Below are positions 35,404-45,239 of a DNA stretch of 64,000 nt, in pieces. The notes under the pieces are model-generated. The model made no database searches and was not told the DNA's origin. It saw only the letters and a list, made by a program, of their open reading frames with translations. Source of the DNA: an uncultured virus (IMG/VR IMGVR_UViG_3300021598_001257) (taxonomy: Duplodnaviria > Heunggongvirae > Uroviricota > Caudoviricetes); IMG/VR virus record IMGVR_UViG_3300021598_001257. One strand, given 5' to 3'. A program made the position numbers and the translations under genes. Numbering within the stretch: position 1 is the stretch's first letter; each line of letters starts with the position of its first letter.

Positions 35404-35928
35404 TCAAACAGGCGTTGGATAAAGAATTCCGTCAGCGCCAGTTGTGATTCCAGACATTGCAACTAATACTTCACTCTTAACTCTGAAGTTTCCATCACAA
35501 TCAATATAAGTTGTTACACCAACCCAACCCTGATGTGTAAATCCACCATACGTTGAAGGAGCACCATCCGTAGAAATACCATAAACTTGCTTATCAATTA
35601 CGCCGTAAGATGCTTCACTATAAGTACTATCAAGAACGGTATATTTTGGAAGCTCGCTAATGTAGAAACTTGTTGCTGCAATAGCGGATCCACTTAGACC
35701 AGCAGTTGAAGCAATTGAAAGGGAAGTTGTGCTAGCAATACCAACGATTACAGCATCTCCAAAGTAAGTACCACCACTACCACGAATACCAAATCTGATA
35801 ACATCGCCAGTTGCGGCTGCGCCAACCTGACCGAATGTAGTTGCGGTTCCGATTACTTCAAGCGTAGTATAATTTAATGATACTGTGCCTCCAGAACCTT
35901 TGTTGTCATTATTTCCCCAGAGTGCCAT
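35404..35928 (-). CDS. putative virion structural protein
   Basis: MALWG, HQGWVG, VKSEVLVAMS; late promoter upstream. Confidence 0.75.
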   Translation of the reverse strand: MALWGNNDNKGSGGTVSLNYTTLEVIGTATTFGQVGAAATGDVIRFGIRGSGGTYFGDAVIVGIASTTSLSIASTAGLSGSAIAATSFYISELPKYTVLDSTYSEASYGVIDKQVYGISTDGAPSTYGGFTHQGWVGVTTYIDCDGNFRVKSEVLVAMSGITTGADGILYPTPV

Positions 35929-36141
35929 GTTCTTTTCCGTAAAGTTATTTGCTAAAAATTATTTATAAAAAAAAGAGACCTTACTTTTGGTCTCCTTTAC
36001 GTAAAACAACTCTCAAAAAACTAGTTGTTAAATCAAGTAACCCATTCTCTTCAAATCTTTTTGTTTTTGCTAACCACTCGGAAGCGGTTAGTAATAGACC
36101 AAGAACAATGGTTACTCCCCAGTTAGTTACAAAGCAAGTAA

Positions 36142-36315
36142 TCATGCTTGTGGTGTAAAGAGTTTATCCTTAACCAAAGCAACAACTACATCATCAATGG
36201 TATTATCAGTTGTCTTTACATATTTCTCAAGAAGCTCAACAACAAGTTTTTTCACTGCTGGATGAGTTGCAATTGAAATTACAAGTGGTTTTACCACTGC
36301 GACTACTGCTCCCAT
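36142..36315 (-). CDS. hypothetical protein (57 aa)
   Basis: Hand translation MGAVVAVVKPL...TDNTIDD; AGGAGG RBS. Confidence 0.7.
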   Translation of the reverse strand: MGAVVAVVKPLVISIATHPAVKKLVVELLEKYVKTTDNTIDDVVVALVKDKLFTPQA

Positions 36316-36355
36316 GATGTCCTCCTATACAGGGTATCCATAGATATTTAGGATT

Positions 36356-38884
36356 TTACTTTGCAATTTTTTTGGCAAGTTTTGTAGCAGTAGCATACAT
36401 TACTTCCTTACCACGACCAGGATATCTCTTTTCAAAATCAGATGCTTTATCTTTCATAGACTTTACAATTCTTTCTTTTTCTTTAGTCTCTTTAGAAGAT
36501 AAAGTTTTTTCGTCAATTTGGTTTCCTTCTAGTTCGTAAGAATTTTGAAGACCCATCATCCTTCTTAATTCAGGTGGTTGATTTCTATAATTACTTCTTT
36601 CATCATATTTGTTTGCAATATTTGCTACACCACTTAAAGGAGTTCCCTTAAATGCTTTAGCCATAGCTGCAGATGCAGTTTGGGGTTTGGGTGCAACTGG
36701 TTTTGCTGGAGTTGTAGATGCAACAGTTGGTTTTGATTTTGGAATGCTAATATGCCTATTTGCTAATGGACCAGAACCCATTTTTTCCAAAGTACTTGGC
36801 GCACTTGCGCTGCGATTATATCTATCTACAGAAGATTGGGAATAAGTCTTACTTAGTGGAAGTTCCTGTCTTGGACCAACATTCATTCCTAAAAATTTGT
36901 TCTGAAAACCAAGGGACATTCCTTTGGGTGCCATCACTCTACCAGTTCCTGGTAATGAGAGTTCTTCAAGATTTTCACCATCTACCTCATAAGATTGCTT
37001 GAGAAGTCCACCAATAGTTCCTTTTGCCTTATCATACATTTGTCCTCCTTTTTGTCTACCAAGAAGTCCACCAACAGTTCCTCCACCAGGAATACCAGTT
37101 TTTTGTCCTTGGTTTCTACCAATAGTACCACCAACAGTCTGTGCTGTGCCTCTCGCTAATTTGTCAAGTGAAGTAAGAGGATTTTCGCTCAGTTCTTTAC
37201 CTCTTGGTTCATAAGAATTTGCAAGTGGGAGACTAATTCCAGAACCACCAAGTCTCTTTACAGCAGAACTTGCAGCACTTGATTCTGCACCTTTAGTTGC
37301 CTGTTGCAATTTAGTTGCTTTTTCAATTCTTTGCTGCTGTCTATGCCCTGCAGGACTAATATCAAAACTTTGTTCGCCAAAATGAATATTCTCACTGCGG
37401 ACTGATGCAAGAAGGTCATCTAATTTAGACTTTCTTTTTCTCTTTGGAGTTGCTGCAGGAGTTTTTGCTTTAGGTGCTGCTGCTTTTTTAGTTTTTGCTT
37501 TTGGTTTTGCTGGAGTTGTTGCACTTCCTTCCCAAGGATCGGCGGGTTTTTCTGCTTTCTTTTTAGTTGCACTTGGTGCTTGATAAGAACCGCTACTTAC
37601 TCTTTCTTTTTGACCTGCTCCAGCACCACGATATGTAGATGCGCTTCTTGTTTTAGTGTGTGCTGCACTTGGTTTTGCATCTCCACCCTCTGCTTTTCTG
37701 GCAACACTCAATGCACCTTTAGCAACCTTTCTTGCACCTCTAGCAACTGCTGCACCTGCTGCTTTTTTAGCACTACGAACTTTGCTAGAAAGTTTTTGTC
37801 TTGCAAGTCTACCGACCGCTGCAACTAAATTACCTCTTTTCTTTTGGCTGCTGGGAGTATCATGGCCGAAAGTTACTTTTGCTTCAGTAAGTGCAAATTC
37901 GATTGCCTCTTCAATCTCATCTTCATCATAACCTTCATCTAAAAGTTCGTCATATACACTTTCAACAACATAATCAACTTCATCAACTTCTACCATCTCA
38001 AGTAGAGTGCCACCAAGATTTTCAACCGCTTCTTTAATATCAGGATTAATCTTAATAGTATTGTTTACTTTTTTTTCTGATATTTTATCTTCTTTTTTAT
38101 CTTTAGCAACTTCACCAATTACTTCAGAAAGGTCTTGTCTCCAATTTGAATACTCTTCCTTGGTTACTTTTTTCTTTTTACCACCTAGTTGGTCTTTTCC
38201 TAGAGCACCTGCAATAACATCACCTCTAGTTACTTTGTCGTATGGGGGATAATTATTTGCCAAGTTTCCATCATTCGCTTCTTCTACTTTATTTTTTGCT
38301 TTATCTTTTAAAGCTTTTTTCATAGATTCTTTTTCATTCCCATCTTTATCAAAATCCAAATAATCTGGTTTTGCTGCTTCTTTAATCCCCTTTTTTTCTC
38401 GCATTGCTTTTGCTTTTGCAAGTAACCTCTCTCTTGCAGCATCTCTCTCTTTCTTTGGAATGGTAGTTACTGCACCAAGTCTTTCTGCAGGTTTTCCTGG
38501 AACTGCAGACTCTCCCATTGCTTTTTGCTTACGGAGTTTCTTAGGATTCTTTGTCTTGTCTGCAGAGTAGTTATTATCATTATCATCATCGGGGTCTACA
38601 GCACTACGATGTCTTGTGCGTCTTTCTTCATCATCCATATTTGCACGACTTCTCTTTGCTTCATCTGGAGAATATGTTCTTCCACTGTTATACCATTCTT
38701 TACCTTCGTGCCCTCTTGCTCTTGCCTCAGCACTTTTTTCTTTTCCAGCAAGACTTCTTCTACGCTTTTTGAATGTTGCTTTATCAAGAGGAGTTTCAAC
38801 ATTTCCAGGACGTACACCTTCTTCAACAGTAGCGACCTGCTCCAAATAAACCTTGGAAATATCATTCAGAGGATTAGTAGACAT
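36356..38884 (-). CDS. large low-complexity K/A-rich modular protein, probable internal virion protein
   Basis: 842 aa; repeated SYE..G..L.E linkers; LLDEGY motif. Confidence 0.8.
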   Translation of the reverse strand: MSTNPLNDISKVYLEQVATVEEGVRPGNVETPLDKATFKKRRRSLAGKEKSAEARARGHEGKEWYNSGRTYSPDEAKRSRANMDDEERRTRHRSAVDPDDDNDNNYSADKTKNPKKLRKQKAMGESAVPGKPAERLGAVTTIPKKERDAARERLLAKAKAMREKKGIKEAAKPDYLDFDKDGNEKESMKKALKDKAKNKVEEANDGNLANNYPPYDKVTRGDVIAGALGKDQLGGKKKKVTKEEYSNWRQDLSEVIGEVAKDKKEDKISEKKVNNTIKINPDIKEAVENLGGTLLEMVEVDEVDYVVESVYDELLDEGYDEDEIEEAIEFALTEAKVTFGHDTPSSQKKRGNLVAAVGRLARQKLSSKVRSAKKAAGAAVARGARKVAKGALSVARKAEGGDAKPSAAHTKTRSASTYRGAGAGQKERVSSGSYQAPSATKKKAEKPADPWEGSATTPAKPKAKTKKAAAPKAKTPAATPKRKRKSKLDDLLASVRSENIHFGEQSFDISPAGHRQQQRIEKATKLQQATKGAESSAASSAVKRLGGSGISLPLANSYEPRGKELSENPLTSLDKLARGTAQTVGGTIGRNQGQKTGIPGGGTVGGLLGRQKGGQMYDKAKGTIGGLLKQSYEVDGENLEELSLPGTGRVMAPKGMSLGFQNKFLGMNVGPRQELPLSKTYSQSSVDRYNRSASAPSTLEKMGSGPLANRHISIPKSKPTVASTTPAKPVAPKPQTASAAMAKAFKGTPLSGVANIANKYDERSNYRNQPPELRRMMGLQNSYELEGNQIDEKTLSSKETKEKERIVKSMKDKASDFEKRYPGRGKEVMYATATKLAKKIAK

Positions 38885-38889
38885 CTTTA

Positions 38890-40179
38890 TCAAGCACGTA
38901 CTTTTTGTTTCTTATACTTATTTATGAAATTCAAGAATGCTTTACCGCCTGGTTGGATATTTTCTTTCCCAAATTTAGAACCAGGTGTTTGTTCGAATGC
39001 ATATTTAAGATATCCAGCAGTTCCAACAAGCGTATTTGGTTTTCCTGGAGTTCTATACATACGATCCATCTTAACTTCAGTATATTCCATTAAATCTTTG
39101 ATCCAAGACTTAAACATATAACCTTCTTCGGTTACACAAATTAAATGATTAGTTCCTCTACGCATCACTTCACCAATCAAACCAGTATTTAAATTCTGAA
39201 CTTTATCGCCAAGATTGAATATTTTTCCTCTTATATAATTTTCTCGAAGATTTTTCATATCATACTTTGGAGCAATCTGCCATAAAGCAAAACTTTCTTT
39301 CTTGACTTTTGATTTCTTTGCTCCCATTCCTTGGCGAACGGCATTAAAAAGTGATTGAGTTTCTGCATCATCAAGTGTCTTTGGAGTTCCTCTACGAAAT
39401 GATTTAAAATCATCATCTACTACAGCCTTTCTCATCTTAGATGCAGACATTCCTTCAACACCCTCAGCATCTGCATCTCTTACACCAGCGGAAACTACAC
39501 GAATTAAGTCAAAGTTATAAAGGTCCCCATTATACTTTTGAGCAAGGTTTTCAAACTCAGCTTGACGGTCAGAACCAACAACAATATTGACATTAGTATA
39601 TCCATCTTCATTTGCAGTCACTAGAACATTAAAAATGGTTTTCATTTCTTCATCATTAATAATGTTCTCTTCAAATTCGGGGAACATTTTTTTCATATAA
39701 GAAACCTTAGTATTAGGATCTAAAGGATTCTTTTTAGGGTCTTGAGACCTTGAAGGGTAAATCTTAATATCTCCACCAGTAGCAATTCTCTTTGCCGACT
39801 TGAGAAGTTTTTCGTGTCCTACTGTTGGTGGATTGAAGCGACCAAACACAACGGTAAGTGGTGGCAGTTCTTCTGCAGGTTGCTCTTCTGGTGCTTGTCC
39901 TGGTGCTGCTTGAGGTTGTGGCGCAGGTGCTTGTCCTGCTTGAGTTGGTTGTGCAGTTGGAGCAGCACCAGCGGGTTGTCTTCCTGCTGCTGGTTGTTCT
40001 GCACCTTTTGGTTTTCTTCCATCAGTAAATTTTAACTTTCCCTTTTCAGTTCTTGCAACAAGTTTACCGGAGCGGTCAATCCATCCACCATGGCCGTCCC
40101 CAGAGTATCCAAGTTTCTTCGCTTGCATTGCTGCTTGCGATTCTTTTGCTTCAGTTAGAAAATTGAGAAAACTTTTCAT
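38890..40179 (-). CDS. cytidylyltransferase-family nucleotidyltransferase
   Basis: FGRFNPPTVGH, VVGSDR, MSASKMR. Confidence 0.88.
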   Translation of the reverse strand: MKSFLNFLTEAKESQAAMQAKKLGYSGDGHGGWIDRSGKLVARTEKGKLKFTDGRKPKGAEQPAAGRQPAGAAPTAQPTQAGQAPAPQPQAAPGQAPEEQPAEELPPLTVVFGRFNPPTVGHEKLLKSAKRIATGGDIKIYPSRSQDPKKNPLDPNTKVSYMKKMFPEFEENIINDEEMKTIFNVLVTANEDGYTNVNIVVGSDRQAEFENLAQKYNGDLYNFDLIRVVSAGVRDADAEGVEGMSASKMRKAVVDDDFKSFRRGTPKTLDDAETQSLFNAVRQGMGAKKSKVKKESFALWQIAPKYDMKNLRENYIRGKIFNLGDKVQNLNTGLIGEVMRRGTNHLICVTEEGYMFKSWIKDLMEYTEVKMDRMYRTPGKPNTLVGTAGYLKYAFEQTPGSKFGKENIQPGGKAFLNFINKYKKQKVRA

Positions 40180-40202
40180 ATTTCGTGTTGATATACTTAT
40201 AT

Positions 40203-41339
40203 TTAGATTAAGAACATTCCTGCCTGTGCTTCCAGATAGTTTCTTGGATAAAATCTATAGACTTTACTTCCGCCAGAAGTTCCGCTGGCAACTTCTAATT
40301 TATACCTTATCTGCATAACAAAATAATCTTTACCGCTTCTTTTCTTGCCATTCTCGTCGGCAAGATATATTTCTATTTTAGGGTCTCCAGTTTTTTTAAT
40401 TTCAACGGAATATCTATTTGAAACTAAAACATTTCTGAACTGCCTATCAGCAACTCTGGTTTTTACTTTTCCACTACCAGCAAACTTAACAAGTTCAGTT
40501 CTAACTCCCCTAGACAAACCATAGATGATATAATCGGCAAATTTTATTTTTACAGAATTTTGTCCTTCTGCATTCAAACCTTCCTGCAGAACTTTTGCTG
40601 CGTATTCATAAACTACTCTGGCACTTTTCTTTAGATTATCTCCACCACCAGTAGATTGTGCCTGCTCTCTACTTGAATATTTTTTAGTATAAACTTCAAC
40701 ATCAAAAAAGTCACTTAAACTCTTCTCATATGCACCTGAAACTGGAGATACATTTATTCCCATCTGACCGAATATATCTAAAAACTTGTCAAATCCCAAT
40801 CCAGAAACTTGGTGGAACTGTTCTCCTCCAGTAACTTTTAGAGAGTAATCAACATTTCTAAATTTTTTGTCTGGATTGGTTGGAGAGTTTACTTCAACCT
40901 TAACATCCGCCTTTGTTCCCTTCTGGTCTTCTGTTCCAGCAGCAGTTACTTTAATAATATCTTGCCTTTCATTTATAGATAGTCCTCTCGCTTGTGCGTT
41001 AAGTCTTGAATGAGAGTTTGCAAAGTTTACTGCACCAGTTCTCAAGTCAGAAACTTTAGCCCAATTAGACCTATCCTGTAAGAAAGACAATGCTTTTTTG
41101 GGAATTGATACATTTACACTTACAGTATCAATTACCGCACTACCAACATCGTTTACATTTTTAGTATATCCTTTTTTCATCATCTCAGTTAAAACACCAT
41201 CCACATCATTGGATGATATCTTGGGGAGTACTTTTGCACTTTTTGTTTTTGCTCTTTTAACAAATCTTGCAGCAACAGCTGCAGCAAAAAATGCTTCAAA
41301 CAAATCCCCTCTATTGGCGTCTATTTTTTCTGCTGCCAT
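40203..41339 (-). CDS. hypothetical protein, possibly PD-(D/E)xK nuclease-like
   Basis: 378-aa ORF; NRGDLFE, KADV...YSLK. Confidence 0.65.
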   Translation of the reverse strand: MAAEKIDANRGDLFEAFFAAAVAARFVKRAKTKSAKVLPKISSNDVDGVLTEMMKKGYTKNVNDVGSAVIDTVSVNVSIPKKALSFLQDRSNWAKVSDLRTGAVNFANSHSRLNAQARGLSINERQDIIKVTAAGTEDQKGTKADVKVEVNSPTNPDKKFRNVDYSLKVTGGEQFHQVSGLGFDKFLDIFGQMGINVSPVSGAYEKSLSDFFDVEVYTKKYSSREQAQSTGGGDNLKKSARVVYEYAAKVLQEGLNAEGQNSVKIKFADYIIYGLSRGVRTELVKFAGSGKVKTRVADRQFRNVLVSNRYSVEIKKTGDPKIEIYLADENGKKRSGKDYFVMQIRYKLEVASGTSGGSKVYRFYPRNYLEAQAGMFLI

Positions 41340-41366
41340 TATAATACTTTTTACAAGTATTTAGAA

Positions 41367-41439
41367 TGGAGATAAGGAGACTCGAACTCCTGACATCAGC
41401 CTTGCAAAGACCGCGCTCTACCAACTGAGCTATATCCCC
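41367..41439 (-). tRNA. tRNA-Ala(TGC)
   Basis: GGGGATA acceptor with G3.U70; CGGTC-TTTGCAA-GGCTG. Confidence 0.95.
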
Positions 41440-41509
41440 GAATATAAAGATTATAAAACCCACTCAACTAAAAGTCAAGTGGGTTAGAGCAACCTTCCGT
41501 GGTTATTTA

Positions 41510-42529
41510 TCAGTCGTGCTCACCCATTGCTTTTTGCTTACGCAGTTTCTTAGGATTCTTAGTTACAGTACCAGAACCAGGTTTGTGTCCACCAGAAGTA
41601 TACTCAACAGCACTATCTCTTGCATAATCTCTACTATCTTGGTCAAGTTTACCCCTACCAGATTTACCTAACATCCCAGAGTATCTTGGTTTAGTAGATT
41701 TCTTACCACGATTTCCTACATCAGGACCATTATCAATCCTACGAGTGTGCTTTTCAATTTCTTTTACTTTCTTAGTCTTTTCACCTTTCTGTGAATACTC
41801 ACTTGCTGGTTTCTCACGTCTTGCGATAGCAAGTTTACCCATTGCTTGTCTTGCTTTAGGTGTCTGTCCGTATGAACCTTCTGCTTCAAGGATTGCATCG
41901 ATGTCTTCAGCATCCAATTCATTTGCCATAATCCACTCTGCTTCTTCCAGAGTTTCTGCGTATCCTTCTACTTGGAGGAACTCAAGGACAATATCAAAGA
42001 TATCAAAATCTTCTTCGAGTTGATTTCCTTGTGGTTCGTATGACATAGTTAATCCGCCCTTTAGAGTTGCTTTAAGGGGAGTTCCAGAACCACCATGAGA
42101 AAATTCTCTACTTCTAGGTTGTGGTTTTATTGCAGCAGAACCTGCTGATGATTTTGCTGCTGGTTTAGCTCCATGGGTCAATTCAGAACCTCTCATGCCA
42201 GCAGCATTTTGCGCTGACCTCTGCGATGCCATTGCCGATTTAATTCTACCGAGAGTTGGTTCTTCGTCAATCTTCCCAACCTCTTCATGCGTCATACCAA
42301 CAACTGAAGGTCTTGTTTTTTTAGTAACCTTATCGTAGAACTTAATATCTCTTTCCATTTTATCAGCATTTGCTTTTCCTGCTGATGGAGAAAGACGCTT
42401 ATCTCCACGCTTTCTTTCGCGAGACGCTTCTCTTCTTTCTCCAGTATCTTGTCCCTTTACTGCTTCATCAACAGATACATGAACCTGCTGATAAGCTTCA
42501 AATAAACCTCTAAGTTCTCTGGTATCCAT
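41510..42529 (-). CDS. late hypothetical protein of the EGYA family
   Basis: LQVEGYAETLEEAEWIMAN; TATAAATA upstream. Confidence 0.8.
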   Translation of the reverse strand: MDTRELRGLFEAYQQVHVSVDEAVKGQDTGERREASRERKRGDKRLSPSAGKANADKMERDIKFYDKVTKKTRPSVVGMTHEEVGKIDEEPTLGRIKSAMASQRSAQNAAGMRGSELTHGAKPAAKSSAGSAAIKPQPRSREFSHGGSGTPLKATLKGGLTMSYEPQGNQLEEDFDIFDIVLEFLQVEGYAETLEEAEWIMANELDAEDIDAILEAEGSYGQTPKARQAMGKLAIARREKPASEYSQKGEKTKKVKEIEKHTRRIDNGPDVGNRGKKSTKPRYSGMLGKSGRGKLDQDSRDYARDSAVEYTSGGHKPGSGTVTKNPKKLRKQKAMGEHD

Positions 42530-42576
42530 CTTTACAAATAGTTTTTTATTTATTTATAAAAAAAGACCCCGAAGGG

Positions 42577-42762
42577 TCAAACACCAAGAACAGCGCCAAT
42601 ATTATCATCAAGGTCTCGAATGACTCCACGAATATCAGAAACCCGAGGAGGAACACTCATTTCATCATAAGTGTATCCTTTTTGTGCGTCAAACAGAACT
42701 TGACGAACTGCTGCTGCTGTACGAGCATCCATTTTAACTGTTACTTGTTTTTCTTTAGTCAC
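42577..42762 (-). CDS. hypothetical protein
   Basis: 61-aa ORF overlapping the mazG stop. Confidence 0.7.
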   Translation of the reverse strand: MTKEKQVTVKMDARTAAAVRQVLFDAQKGYTYDEMSVPPRVSDIRGVIRDLDDNIGAVLGV

Positions 42763-43163
42763 AGGTCTCCCTCCACACGATTTTCAGAACGTTCAATAGT
42801 AAAAGCACCTTCAGGATAACGAGCATTCAGTTTCTCAAAGTTCATCTGAATAATTTCTTCAAGTGAAACATCAAGTCCAAGACACGCTTGAGCAACATAC
42901 CACATAATGTCTCCAAGTTCACGCTTCAAATGGAAAAGATTTTCTTGATTTACTGGTTTACCTTGAAAGATAATCTTCTTTACAATCTCAGTGAACTCAC
43001 CAGCTTCAGCAGACATTCCTACAGCAGCAGTAAGAATTCGTTCAGTAGGAAACTCTTCTTGGCGAAGTTCCATTAGACGATCAATAAATGGTGTATGCTC
43101 TTTACTTTGTTTTGAGGTTGTTGTATTAACAAACTCAATATACTTATTAAGATCAATAGTCAT
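42759..43163 (-). CDS. mazG: MazG nucleoside triphosphate pyrophosphohydrolase
   Basis: AEAGEFTEIVKK, ELGDIMWY, KLNARYP. Confidence 0.92.
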   Translation of the reverse strand: MTIDLNKYIEFVNTTTSKQSKEHTPFIDRLMELRQEEFPTERILTAAVGMSAEAGEFTEIVKKIIFQGKPVNQENLFHLKRELGDIMWYVAQACLGLDVSLEEIIQMNFEKLNARYPEGAFTIERSENRVEGDL

Positions 43164-43164
43164 A

Positions 43165-44391
43165 TCAGAATTTAAATCCTTCGAATGATTTTTTAGGTTT
43201 CTTTTCTTCATAATCATACTCTTCATCCTTTCCATTGTCAAGGATATCTTGTTGAGCAGATTGTTCGCAATCATAAAGACGCATCTTAGCACGGTCAATA
43301 CCAACAACAAAACGTTTATGAATGGTAGGATCATTATAACGATTCTTAAGTTGCTTGACTAGAATCTGACCAAGACCTTCCAAATCTTCTGTAGAAATCA
43401 ATGCAAACATCAAGTCAGCAGTTGCAGGAAGACCGAAAGACTCTGAAGTATCAGTTAGTTCAACATCAGAAGAACCATAACCACTACGAGTAGTTTGAGT
43501 AGCACTGACGATTGGAACATTAAACTCCACAGCAAGACCACGAAGTTCTTCTGCAATTGCTTTTACAAAGGTATAAGAGTTAATGTTACTATTCCCTTTA
43601 TATCGGGAGGAAGCACAGATATTTAAGTAATCTACAAAAATAATATCGGGTTTAAATGATTTTTTAAGAGAAAGTTCATTTAATAAAGACTTAAAATGCC
43701 CAGAATGAGCAGATGCAGTCGGATACTCCTTAATAATTAAGGTCCCTTGTGTTTTCTTTGAAAGGTTGGTTACCTTGTTTTCAAACATCTGCTTTGACAA
43801 ATTAGTGATGTCCTGAATAGGAACATTCAGGAGGTTTGCATCAATTCTTTCAGCAATGCGTTCTTCTGCCATTTCCAACGTAATGTACAGAACGTTCCGC
43901 CCTTGGAGCAAGACGGAGCTAGCCACATGGCACATGAATAGAGATTTGCCGACGCCCGTACCAGCAAGAGCGATGTTAAGAGTTTTGTTAGGGAGACCAC
44001 CTTTCGTGATTTTGTTAAAGTATTCAAGATCAAATTCAACAATATGAATCGATTCCATCAGAGCAATATAAATTGCCCTATCCCTACACCATTTTTCAGT
44101 GGTATTGACTAACCATTGAAATTCAGTAGGTACACTTTCCAAACAAGAAATTAAATGAACAATCTCCTTAAAAGATTGCTCATTAATGTCTGTTCTTTTC
44201 TCCACCTCAATACAAAGAACTTCTTTGGTTGCTGGTTGATTGTATTCTTGAACGAAAGATAGTATTTCATCAAATACTATTCTTTGATTTTGATCTTCAA
44301 AATATTCAGATTTAATAAAGGGTATTACTTTTCTAATATATTCTTCATTATGTAACAGGTTTCTAAGAATTAGAAACTCAACCTTCTCCAT
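43165..44391 (-). CDS. gp41: replicative helicase (T4 gp41), apparently with an in-frame internal deletion near 44040
   Basis: [32 protein letters not shown]. Confidence 0.93.
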   Translation of the reverse strand: MEKVEFLILRNLLHNEEYIRKVIPFIKSEYFEDQNQRIVFDEILSFVQEYNQPATKEVLCIEVEKRTDINEQSFKEIVHLISCLESVPTEFQWLVNTTEKWCRDRAIYIALMESIHIVEFDLEYFNKITKGGLPNKTLNIALAGTGVGKSLFMCHVASSVLLQGRNVLYITLEMAEERIAERIDANLLNVPIQDITNLSKQMFENKVTNLSKKTQGTLIIKEYPTASAHSGHFKSLLNELSLKKSFKPDIIFVDYLNICASSRYKGNSNINSYTFVKAIAEELRGLAVEFNVPIVSATQTTRSGYGSSDVELTDTSESFGLPATADLMFALISTEDLEGLGQILVKQLKNRYNDPTIHKRFVVGIDRAKMRLYDCEQSAQQDILDNGKDEEYDYEEKKPKKSFEGFKF

Positions 44392-45239
44392 AACTAAATT
44401 CCTTACGTGCGATTTCGTCCAATTGTTGCATTACTTCTTCTGTGAAATATACCTCAGGTTCTTTTAGAATCTGCTTAGCATAAATCTTTTTACCATCAAT
44501 TTCATAACGACCTGCTACATTCTTCCAAAGTCCACCAATCTCACCGAGTTCAAGAAGACCATAGTAACGATCAAGACCACGTTCATCGTAATAAAGACGA
44601 ATTTCAACATCTTTATTCTCTTTACTCAAACGCGATTTAGCAGTCTTAGCCTTGATAATATTTCCAACCACTTCCGTTCCATCCTTTTCTTTCTTTTTGC
44701 TGAGATAAATGATCGTACTTGCTGCGTATTTGAGTCCAGAACCTCCTCCCATTTCTTGCGTCAGTGATTTCTTTCTCAGTGGAAAGCATACCAAGAGAGT
44801 CTAGCACAAACATGCAGGGTTTGCGCTCTCCTTCAGGTTTTTTTAAGTATAAGTCTACTGCCTTTAGTGCTTTACTACGAAACTCTTCGATAGTAACAAC
44901 ATTAACAACAACCAAACGAGAAGTATCAATTCCACGGGATTCTACAAGCGATTTAGTAATAGCAGCCTCAGTATCAAAGTAGAGACAATAACCATCGGGG
45001 TTAGAATCAAGAAAATTCTTAACCACAGCGAGAGAAAAGAAAGTTTTTCCAGTAGAAGACTCTCCAGCAATAGCAGTAATCTTGTTCCCAGATACGCCGC
45101 CAAATATGCTACCTGAAACCAGTGCATTAAAAATGTACGAACCTGTGTCAACATACTTTTCAGTTTCATCAATATCTGAGGCAAGTTGGGTGTACTCACC
45201 ACCAATTTCTTTTACAATATCTTTAAGGAAGTCCATCAA
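44378..45239 (-). pseudogene. uvsX: RecA-like recombinase UvsX, split by a deletion/frameshift near 44757
   Basis: AGESSTGKT, FDTE and LDSLG in one frame; [13 protein letters not shown]...KSRL in another. Confidence 0.9.
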
